A stretch of 64,000 nt of DNA from Hyaloraphidium curvatum SAG 235-1 (lineage: Eukaryota > Fungi > Monoblepharomycota), in NCBI GenBank assembly GCA_025558095.1, contig JAIVFI010000019.1:496001-560000 (forward strand). Reading direction: 5' to 3'. The notes below the pieces were generated by a model. That model was not told the DNA's origin. It saw only the letters and a list, made by a program, of their open reading frames with translations, and ran no database searches. The position numbers and the translations under genes are program-made. The stretch's first letter is position 1. Each line of letters opens with the position of its first letter. Shown piece by piece: positions 32,905 to 43,181 of this stretch.

Positions 32905-35900
32905 CTAAGAGATCCGCATCTCCCGCTCTATGCCCTTCCAGATCTTTGCCCCGCTGGCGCCCTCGTTCGCACCGGAGCACATCCGCCGCAGATACCCGGA
33001 TGCCTTGGCCACCCACGGCCAAACGTAGCGCTCGGAAAGCATGGCCAGCGCGATGTTGGCCACCACCATGGCCAGAAGCTGCAGCCGCGCTTCCCACGGC
33101 ATGGGGAGGAGCTGCATGAAGTCCAGGAAGGGGGCGAGCTGCGGCGTCCGCGAGCCGAGGAGCATGAGGGTGTTGACGGCCAAAAGCAGGGCGGTCGTGA
33201 GGATAAAGGGCACTGCGAGGGCGGTAAGCACGTGGGAACTGCAGCACAAACGATCGCCGGTGCCCACCGTTGGTGTGCATGCCCTTCCGAAACGGCCGCC
33301 CGATGCTAAACACCATCGCCCCAAGCAGGTACTGGTAGTTGGTAAGCAGGAAGAGCACCGTGTCCTCGTAGCACAGGATGAGCGAGTCGTCGTCGTCCTC
33401 GTCGCCGCCGTCCTGGCGGGGGAGGTACCCCGGGGGAACGACGTCCTCGGGGGGGACGTACCACGGCTGCGCGCGCACCCAGACAAAGGCGGCGATCTGG
33501 AACGCCGCCATGAGCAGGGCCTGGCCGCCCAGGGACGCCAGGACCTTCTTGGAAAAGAGGTTGGAGGTGGGGTTCTTGGGGTGGATGGAGTCGGCTGCTT
33601 CCGTCCAACCCATGAAGATGGCGACCTGCAGATGCGGTCAGAATCGGGCTCACAGTAAGCAGGCGCCAAAGCTCACAGGGAGAATGATCACGAGATCGAT
33701 GTAGAGGTACTGGAAGTCGCCGAGGTTCGCTTTGAAGGAGTATAGGAGGGTGACGGTGACGAACTGGATCACAGAGTACAGCGCCATGTACTTGAAGGCC
33801 GAAAAGCTCGTCACCAGCGCCGCGCGGCCCTCCTTGACGACCCGCAGCACGCAGTCCAGGTCCATGCTCCGGCTGGTGAAGGGCGCGGCCACGGACGCCT
33901 CGGCCTCGCTGAGCGAGACGCCGACGTCGGCGCTCTTGAGCGCCCCGACATCGTTGGCGCCGTCCCCGCAGAAGCCGACCGAGTAGTGCATCGCCTGCAG
34001 CCGCTCGACGAGGGCCTGCTTCTGGTCCGGCGAGAAGCGGGCGTAGATGCGCGCCTTGGCGAGCATACGGTAGGCCACCTCACGCGGCGCAAAGGCCATC
34101 ATCCACTCGAAGACGTCGCCGGTGATGGCGATGGCGTAGTCCGTGATGGCGACAGGGCCGTCCGTGGGAGACCGCACGAAAGCACGCGGCGCGAGCCGCC
34201 TCTTCCGCCTCCGCACGGCCTCGTCGGTGCCGTCGTCGGTCTCCGTTTCGCGGTACTGCGGGGCGTTCGACCCGCGGCGGCGCGGGCGCGAACCCTTGGC
34301 GGATCCCGTGACGGCGTGCAGCACCACGGGCCTGAAGCTGTGCGGATCGAGAACCACGATACGACGTCCGGGAGAGACGAGAGAGGTCGGCGAGATGGGA
34401 GGAGGGAGGGTGAAACTGTGGTTGAGCTCGTGCGTCTTGGGATCGGCGGCACCATTAGCGTTGGTGCCCGGCTCGGACTCGTCCCCGCTCTCCTCCTCGT
34501 CCTCACTTCCGTCGTCCTCGTCCGCCTCGTGCTCCGCTTCCGCAATCTCGGCGTCGACATCTTCCCAGATCAGCCTGGCGTCCTTGGTGTGGCCGCCGTA
34601 GACCACCGGCTGCGCGGACCGCACGCTGCGCTCCCCGTCGGCGCTCTCGCCGTCGTCGCTGCCGGCCGCCGACTGCCTGGCCCAGTCGTCTCCCGCGCCC
34701 TTGATGAAGCGCGGGACGAACACGGTCGCGTTCGGGTTCACGATGCCGCACTCCTTCGAGACCGAGATGGCCGTGAGCAGGTTATCGCCCGTGCACATCA
34801 TCTGCCGCATCTTGGCGTCCTTGAGCGCCTGGATCACCGAGGGCGTGGTCGGCTTCATCTTGTTCTCGAACACGATGAAGCCGAGGAAGCGCAGGTCGCA
34901 CTCTATCGACGCGCGGTCCATGCGAAGCATGCGATGGAAAGGAAGCTGGGGCAGGCACTTCCACGCGACGGCGATGACCCGGTATCCGTGATGGGTGTAC
35001 TCGCGGAGCAGCTCGGTGTAGTTGGCAGGCACTGGAAGATCGTAGCCAAGTCAATTGAGTCTCTAAAAGGCTGGAAAGCTGGCAAACTCACCGCTTTCCT
35101 CGTTGCAGATGTCGAGCAGCACCTCGGGTGCCCCCTTGACGAAGCACTCGAGGTTCGGGGACGCCTTGACGCTGCTCGTCCCGTCCTCGTGCACCTCCGC
35201 CTCGACCCGGCGCACCACGACCGTCATCCTCCTCAGCGCGCTGGAAAACTCGAGCGTCCTCACGACGCCTAGTTCCGTCGGCCTGACGGGCTTCCCGGCG
35301 CCTCCCGGCGATCCGTCCATGTCGATCACCACCTCCTTTGCCTCGTCCTCCCCCGCCGCGATCCCGCTCCAGTCCAGCCTCCCCTGCCCCGGAGGCCGCA
35401 CCACCATGGGCACCAGGTCCCCCATCCCCGGATCGTCCTTGGACGGCGGCCGGTTGCCCCCGCCCCGCGGCGAGTACACGCTCCCGCCCTCCTCAATCTC
35501 GAACCCCGTCCAGCCAAACATCTGCAGGTCCATCGGGTCGCCCACGGGCACGCTCGAGAGGGTGCCGGGGGACGTTTGGGAGGGCACGGAGACGACCTTG
35601 ATGCCGTGGCAGGTGGCCATGGCCTCGAGGAGGAGCGTGACGGTGGTGCCGTCGCGCGAGTCGGTGCTGTAAGCCGTGGGAGGCTCCTCGCGGTACAGTT
35701 CCGTGAAACCTTCGACGGTACCGGCAGACCGCACGACACCGCGCACGCCGAGGACCTCGAGCGAGTCGCCCGTCTGCGGCCGCCAACGTCAGCGACCAGG
35801 AGAGGCGCGCAGCCACAATGAAACCCACCAGCGTCCCAGTCTTGTCAAACACCCAGGCGTCCAACTTGCCGGCGACGTTGATCCTCGGCGGGCTCGTGCA

Positions 35901-38234
35901 AAAGATCCGGTACCGCCTGAGCCTCGCCAGCGCCAGCTGCGCACCGATCCCCATGGTGGCCGGCAGCGCCGGCGGCACGACGACGGTGACGAGGTCCAGC
36001 GCGCGGCGGATCATGAGCGACAGCGACGCGCCCAGGCGGACAAAGTTGTAGACCGAGGCCGCGAAGCCGACGACGGCGACTGCCGTCATGCCTACGATGA
36101 ACTTGATCGAGTCCTCGTAGAACCGGAAGCGGCCCGGCTTGGGGTACAGGATCGAGCGGGTAAGGGCGCCCTTGGTGGTCGAGAAGCCGGTGCGCACCAC
36201 GAGCGCCAGCAGGCCCGAGTGCGGGGGCTGGGGCAGCCGCTCTGCGGTGGTGAAGATGGGCACCGCTGGGGCCTTGACCCGGACCACCTTGGTCCCCGCG
36301 AAGAGGAACCACCGCTGCATCGCCTGGTCCGTCGTCGGCTCCCCGTTGAGCAGGTCCAGCCCCGCGAGGTCGTCGTCCGGCACCGCCGTCTTGGTCACGG
36401 GGATCGACTCGCCCGTCAGCATGGACTCGGTGACCACCGCCTCCCCCGTGAGCAGCACGCAGTCCGCCGGCAGCACCCCCGTATCGTGCGGGTGCACCCT
36501 GCCCGCCCCCTCGCCGGGGGCGGGGAACCAGTTCGGGTTGGGCGGTGGCACCTCGACCACGTCCCCCGGGAGCAGCTCCCCCGTTCGCACGCGCAGCCAC
36601 GCGCCCCCGCGGAAAGCCCAGCATTCGGCGTCCCACGAAGAGAGCTCGCGGATGCGGCGCATGGTGCTCCGGGTTTCGAAGAGGGTGCCGAGGATGCCGA
36701 CGGCGGAGATGACGGCGATGGCGGTCGCGAAGAGCTGGTAGCTGTCGTAGAGCCAGAGGATGATGGAGAAGATCTGGAAGATGTAGAAGGGGTTGAGCAC
36801 CTCGTTGAAGAGGATGGCGAGGATCGACGGCTCGGGAGGGGCCACCGAGTTGGCGCCGAAGACTATCGACCGCAGTGCGAGGAGCTTCGGCCCCAGGCCT
36901 GACGCGGCGCGCGGGACCGACGTCCACTCCGGGTCCCGCCAGCCCTCGGTGGTCTCAAAGTCCATTTCGGAAAGCATGGCGCCGGCATAGTCCCGGAGGA
37001 TGAAACGGTGCGTCCGGTGCACGAACATGGTGAGGATCGGGAGCGGCTCGTCGGGGGGCAGGCCGGGCCAAATGTCCGCGGCGGGGCCGCCGAAAGGCAC
37101 GCGCTCGATCTTTTCGATCGTCTCGCCGCCCCAGTTATCGGCGATAAACACGTGCGTGGCCTCGCGGAAGGTTGAGCGGGTGGCCGTGAGCTTCAACCGC
37201 AGCGACGGGAACCAATGGGTCGCGAGAAACAGCAGGCCGAGCGTGCAGACGTTCAGGAGCCAGTAGAGCGCGACGCGCCACGCTTGCTGCCGGTACCCAA
37301 AGATGTGCAGCCGGATGTCCTCGTCGAGGACGTAGTCCTGTTCAGTCGGCTCCTCGTCCTCAGTTTCCTCCTCGGCCGGCTTCTCGGCGGCGACAAGCAG
37401 GGCCGAAGCCTCGCCTGCCTCAAGCTCCTCCTCTTCCTCCTCCTCCTCGGCAATGTCCGGCGGGGCCGCGATGACGCCTGTCACTCTCAGAACGGGGCTG
37501 CGCGACTCGCTCCCGGCGCGCTTCCGGCGGTGCGACCCGACGGACGATGTCCTGTCGTGCGCACCGCGAGGCAGCGAAGAAGACACCGAGGCGAGCACGC
37601 CCTTGGAGCCGACGTCGGATTCGTCGTCCGAAGCGCCGTCCGATTCCGTCGTCGTGCTGACGAGCGAGGCATCATAGCCGTCCGCCCACGTGACGCGGTA
37701 CTCCTCCTCGTCGTCATCCTCTTCCGCCTCGTCCACAGGCTGCTCCTCCGCGCCGGGCAGAAAGACCTGCTCGACCTCCCAGGTCACGTCGCCCGCCTGC
37801 AGCCGCAGGTTGGTCTGGAACGGCGAGCGCGGGCCCGAGGTGAAGCTGGACGCGGTCGACGCGCCCGTGTCGCGGCGGCGCGGCACGGGACGCGAATCGG
37901 AGATGCCGGTGCGAGTCGGCGACGCCAGCGGGAGCGGCAGCAGCGGCGGGGACGCGCGCGGCGTCTCCTTGCCCGCGCCGCCCGCCGCCTCCGCACGGTC
38001 GCCCTCGTCGCCGCTCTCCGCCGACTCGTCCTCGCTGCCGTCCTCCCAGTCGCCGTAGCTGACGGCGAGCAGGTCGACGTCCTCGTCGCGGATGTCCTGC
38101 GGGTCGGGGATGGCCGCGAACGCTTCGGTCGTCGAGATGCTCCGTGCCGCGGCGACGCCCTCGCCGGCGCGGCCCCGTCCGGAGCGGCCGCCGCGCGGCA
38201 CGGGCCGCCCGCGCCCGGGCCCGCCGCGCGGCAT
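32905..38234 (-). CDS. YPK9: P5B-type ATPase (Ypk9/ATP13A2-like polyamine transporter)
   Basis: EVLNPFYIFQ, LTGES, PPALP, DKTGTL, KGAPE, CTGDN, GDGANDVGALK and EGRAALVTSF. Several short introns. Confidence 0.93.
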
Positions 38235-38571
38235 CGATGCCGGACAAAGCGCTTGCCGAGAGCTGTTTTGACGAACGCGTCCGATAGAGCGCCGTGATCG
38301 CGCGTGATCGAGGCGCCGCCTCATGCACCACGTTGGAGACTGCCCCGACATCGCTGATTTCCGGAGGCCTGCATCGGATCAGACGGGGCTGCATCTCGCG
38401 CAGGCTACCTCGTGGATGAGATGCGCGAGATCGAGGATAGAGAGCGAAGCGAAGCTGTCCGCGGAAAGCAGAGGCTAAAGGTACCCTGGACTGGCGAGCG
38501 CGACGACGTGTGCTTCATTCTGCAATTGATGATGAAAGGCCATTTTCAAGAACGCCGCTGTCGCCCTCCGA

Positions 38572-40116
38572 TCACTCTTCCACCGCCCCGTTCTCCTGCG
38601 CCGCGATCCCGAGGACCCAAGGGATGTCGGCGTGCCGTCCGTTCGCCAGCGGGAAGTAGTCTCCCGGCCAGATGAGCTTCTGCCTGTCAGCACCCTTGCG
38701 GCACGAGAAAGTGCCGAGCCCACCTTGCCGATCGGGTAGACGTAGCCGTTGCCGGTCCGCACGGGCTCGGAATCGTACACGGGCGCCGAGTTGGCGAGGT
38801 AGCCGTCGCCTTCGTCGGCTTTGGTGACGAGGACCCTGTCCAAACCGTGAGCTGCGCACGGTGGGCCGCGCGGGTCGACCCACGTCGAGTAGCCGTCCAC
38901 GCAGCGGAGGTGAGCGGCGCCGTCGCCGGCCGAGACCTCCTCGGGGAGCACGTAGCTGCCGTTCAGGACGTGGTACGTCACCACGTATTTCCAAAACGGG
39001 TTGGCGTAGGGGTCCTGGAGGATCCTGGCGTAGGTGATGTTGTCGAACATGAGCGAAAACGCTTCGCAGACACAGGGGCGTCTGTCAGCGAAAGCCTCGC
39101 CGCATGCATCCCGCAGCGGGAGCAAACCTTCGTCGGTGGGTGCCAGCACGGTGTAGTTGCCCAGTGGCTCCACTTCCTGGCGCCTCGCGAGGCGCCTCCC
39201 GACGACCTCCTCTGGCCCTGAGGACACCGTGGTGCCCTCGGGGAACCCGGCGAGCAGCGGCCAAAAGTCGTCGTACCTGCGGGAAACGTCAGCGCATGCT
39301 CGGCACGGGAAGTCAGGCCACCCACCGAGAGAGAAGCGAGGTGAAGACCACGAAAGACCCGTTTGTCGAAAGGAAATCGTAGACCGAAGTCAGGCTGACG
39401 CCCATGGGCTCGGGAGTCGGTTCAGCGGTCCCCGTGGGCTCTTCGGTCGCGGTCCCCGTGGGCTCCTCGGTCGTGGAAGCCGTAGGTTCCTCGGTCGTGG
39501 TGGCCGTGGGCACCTCGGTGGTCGCGGGGGAAGAGGTCGTCGACCCGAGGGGGTACGTGGTCGTCGACGTCGTGACGCCCGCGCTGCGAACGGTGATCGC
39601 GCCTCGCATCCCTTCGACGCATGATCAGCACCGTCCCGCCAGCCTCGCGCGAAGATGCCCACCTGCCTCGCAATGGCCCGGAACGAGACAGGCGTAGAAG
39701 AACGTCCCCGGCTCTGTGAAGGTATGGACGAAGGTGCCCTGCCTCTGCTGTGCGCTGCTGATCGGGCTGCCCGCGACAGGGTCGCACGAGGTGGCTCTGC
39801 GAAACGACGCCGTCGCGTTCAATCTTCCTTCGACGGCAACAGCGCGGGAGGATACACACCCTGTGACTTCGGTGACCGTGTGCGCCAGCGTCACCTCGGG
39901 CGCCCACGTCCACGTCACCCGGTCTCCCGCATTGATCGTGAGACTGCTCGGGGTAAACTGCAGCTGGTTGCCTGCCTCGCCGCGGCCGCGTCGTGAGTGA
40001 ATCGGCGGAATGGCTGGCGGGAGACACGCACCTTGGCCGACGACTATTTCGACGTCCCCCGCGAGGGCGGTCGCGGAGCACAGCGCCAGGGCGAGCAGGA
40101 CCCCGAGGAGGCGCAT
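38572..40116 (-). CDS. Secreted cupredoxin (type-1 copper)-fasciclin (FAS1) fusion protein
   Basis: Signal peptide, then FTPSSLTINAGDRVTWTW...HTVT...YACLVPGHCEA|GMRG (His/Cys/His/Met). A TEEPT repeat linker leads to FAS1 motifs YTVLAPTDEAF, TYHVL and NGYVYPI. About 7 introns. Confidence 0.8.
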
Positions 40117-40301
40117 CGGAGCCTTGGGACGCAGTCTTCCGTCGAAGGGCGCGGTGCAGGAGCGCGGGGTTGGGACCTGGGAGCTGGGAGCTGTGTGCAG
40201 GGATGTGCGGCGTTACTGCGGGCGGCAGGTGACTCGAAGTGGCTTTCTTCTCAAGACGATTTTGAACGACACAAAAAGGCCACAACTTGTTTTCGGCCAG
40301 T

Positions 40302-41857
40302 CTACAGGTAATCCTCGATCCCCAGCTCGTTCCTGTAGTCGTGCCCGCAGATGATCCTCGAGGTGTTGCGCCAGTTGTCGATCTGCGCCTGCTGCGCCCT
40401 GTCGACCGTCGCCTCGGCCTTGGGCACCTTGAGCAGCGACTCGAGGACCTCCCGCGCGATGTACTCCTGCACCGTACCGCTGTGCACCTGCGGCGGGAAG
40501 TACCGCGAGCGGGACGAGGCGTAGTGGACCGTGATGGACTTGCGGCACTCCTTGGTGCGGTTGAAGCCCGAGCCGTGGATGATCATCGGGTGGCTGCCAA
40601 ACGACGTCAGTGCCATGTCGAGCAAAAGACGAATCGCAATGAGACCCACAAGAAGATCGTGTCCCCGGGCGCCATCTCGGCAAACACAAGCTTCCTCTTG
40701 CCGCGTCCCTCCTGCTCGGCGTAGTCGCCCTCGCCCTTCCAAACGGCGTCGCGGGTCGTGTGGAACCCGGCGTTGCCCTGCATCCACCGCGGGACGTCGT
40801 GCTCCACGAGGCCTTCCTTGTGCGAGCCGGGGATGACGACGAGGCAGCCGTTCGCCTTGGTGACGTCGGTGAGGGCGGTCCAGCAGCCGACGGTGTAGTG
40901 CGGGCCGGTCCAGGGGAAGTAGGCATAATCCCTGACAAACAGTTTAGGCGGAGGTCGTGAGCAAGGGCGATTGGACTCACTGGTGGAGCGGGTGGATCGA
41001 GGTGTCTGCCCCGACATCCGGAGGCTGCAGGACGGTCAGCACCACCGGCAGCGGAAAAAAAGATTACTCACCTTGTTGATCTGCATGCTTTAGAATCGTC
41101 GCGGTGAGCTTCAGGAAGAGTCGGCGATCGATTGCGCCACTCACTGGTGCTGGCTCTTGACATCGGGCCCGGCGAAGCAGCGGGCCACCTTCACCAACTC
41201 CGGGTAACGAACCCATTCCATCTGCACATCGTCAAAAATGCCCTGGAGCTTGTAGACGCCGAACTCGGACTTGGCGTAAGACTGGGGCAGCTCCCCGGCC
41301 TTGACCTTCCGCAGCATGCCTGTCAATCCCCGAAGAAAGGTCGCAAAACAAGGCCGAGACGGTTCGTTGGCACAGTTCCAGAGCACCAGCTACCAAAAGT
41401 GCCCACCGATGTCGCGGATGACGCCCAGCCCGGGAGGGAAAGGAATCCGCTCCGCGACCAGGTCCGAGAAGTGCCCGTTGAGCTTGTCCACCAGCCAGCG
41501 GGGCACGATGCCCCTCTTGATGATGTAGCCATTCTGTAGAGCGACTCCGGATGAGCTGCAGGCCGCGGCAAGCCTCTAGGGGCACCCGCCTCCTCGTAGA
41601 ACTCCCGCTCCTCGGGTGTAAGAGCGTTGAACTCGGCGCACTGCTCGTCCAGCGTGTACTGCACGAAATGGGTCCCACTGAGTCTCCAGCAGAGCTTCGG
41701 AGGGACGTCGGCGCACCTTGAAGTGCGACTTGTTGCGGTAGGGCAACTGCTCGGGCTCCTGTGAGGCCTTTGTCGGGGACGGCCGCAGCAGGTCGCTGGG
41801 CCCCGAGATGTGGCCCTGCACGCTGGCGAGGCGAGCGCCGGCACCGGAAGACGACAT
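40302..41857 (-). CDS. PHYH: Peroxisomal phytanoyl-CoA dioxygenase (PhyH)
   Basis: PTS2-like RLASVQGHI near the N-terminus. HPLHQ|DYAYFP, WTALTDVTKANGCLVVIPGSHK, MAPGDTIF, HPMIIHGSG and RKSITVHYA. Many introns. Confidence 0.88.
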
Positions 41858-42054
41858 TGGGGGGGAAAACGGGGGCCCAAGTTCGGGAGACGGTGCGAGT
41901 GACTCGGCCTTGGTTGACCCGAGACCCGAGAGGTTTGGCGGCGCCAACTACAGTATGGCCGTTTCGGCAAAGCTTGCCTACCCTACCCGCGCGCGCGCTC
42001 CACACCGGACAGCCCCGAATTGGAATCGCCCGTGCACCCCGAGCTCGAGAACAA

Positions 42055-43119
42055 ATGCCGCCAATCCGGTGGAGAAGGTTCATATTTGTTGCTGCCTTCC
42101 ACCTGGCGTGCTCTAATGGAGCAAACAGAGTCGTCCGCTCGACACGGTCTCCTGTCGGAACCACTCGCGCCCTGCCTGACGCTTTGCGGTGGAGGATCAT
42201 TTGCAAATGGGCAGACGGCCAGCCAAAGGCGCAGATCGCACGGGAGCTTTTGGTTTCTCGTCGGAGCGTGGCCCGCGTCGTTACCTGCTTCACGACGTGG
42301 GGCTGCGTGACGAGCCCGCTCACCGGCCGCCGAGGACGCAAACGCCTTCTGAGCCCGGGCCAGGAGCAGCAAGTCGTAGACTTTGTCGTGGCAAACAACA
42401 CTCTCTACCTGGATCAGATCGTCTCGCGCGTCTCGGATGCCTATGGAGTACAGTTCTCCGTCAGTGCTCTTTGGGAACTCCTCCACCGGAACGGAATCAC
42501 CCGGAAGGTCGTCGAGACGGCGGCAAAGGAGCGCTGCGAATCACAGCGCATTGATTTCCAGCTGAGGATATCAAAGTACGACCCGCGAATGATCGTAGCC
42601 GTGGACGAATCAGGGTACAACGAGAACACGCTTATCCGCAAGTACGGCTGGGCTCCCATTGGGCTACGTGCGATTGCTTCCGTTCCGTTTGTGAGGGGCC
42701 AAAAGTACAGCATCCTGGCCGCTATGGACATGAAGGGCTACGTTGCTTGGCGCATTCAAGAGGGGTCAATCAAAGGGGCTGACTTTTGCGACTTTCTCGA
42801 GAAGGACCTCCTCCCACGCATTCCAACGTTCAGTGTCATCCTTCTGGACAATGCAAGCATCCACAAGGATCCGCGCATTCGTCCTCTCTGCGAGAGATTC
42901 GGAGTTTTCCTCGAGTTCCTGTCACCATACTCCCCGGACTTTGACCCCATTGAGCACTCCTTTTTTCACCTCAAGCAGCTCATGAGGAGGTACGAGGACT
43001 TTGTCAGGACGTTTCCAGACGCAAAGGACGCTATCAACTTCATGTGCACTCAGATTACTGAGGCCATGGCACGGGCTTGCTTCAAAGGGGCGGGATACCG
43101 CATTGACTTTGACTGCTAA
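42055..43119 (+). CDS. IS630/Tc1-like DD34E transposase
   Basis: HTH IARELLVSRRSVARV, GRKRLL and YLDQI. Catalytic VDESG and LLDNASIH, with 34 residues between the second D and the E of YSPDFDPIE. Confidence 0.93.
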   Translation: MPPIRWRRFIFVAAFHLACSNGANRVVRSTRSPVGTTRALPDALRWRIICKWADGQPKAQIARELLVSRRSVARVVTCFTTWGCVTSPLTGRRGRKRLLSPGQEQQVVDFVVANNTLYLDQIVSRVSDAYGVQFSVSALWELLHRNGITRKVVETAAKERCESQRIDFQLRISKYDPRMIVAVDESGYNENTLIRKYGWAPIGLRAIASVPFVRGQKYSILAAMDMKGYVAWRIQEGSIKGADFCDFLEKDLLPRIPTFSVILLDNASIHKDPRIRPLCERFGVFLEFLSPYSPDFDPIEHSFFHLKQLMRRYEDFVRTFPDAKDAINFMCTQITEAMARACFKGAGYRIDFDC

Positions 43120-43181
43120 ACGAGTACAGGGCTACTAATGTAACGTTGCGATTACTTGCAAATAACAGATGTTAAATTCGT

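Noticed and set aside
32132-33613. 493-aa ORF appearing to fuse the P5B-ATPase C-terminus to a HAD phosphatase
   Set aside because: Artefact of reading through an intron. The ATPase splices into another frame and stops at 32905, and the HAD gene has its own ATG at 32818.
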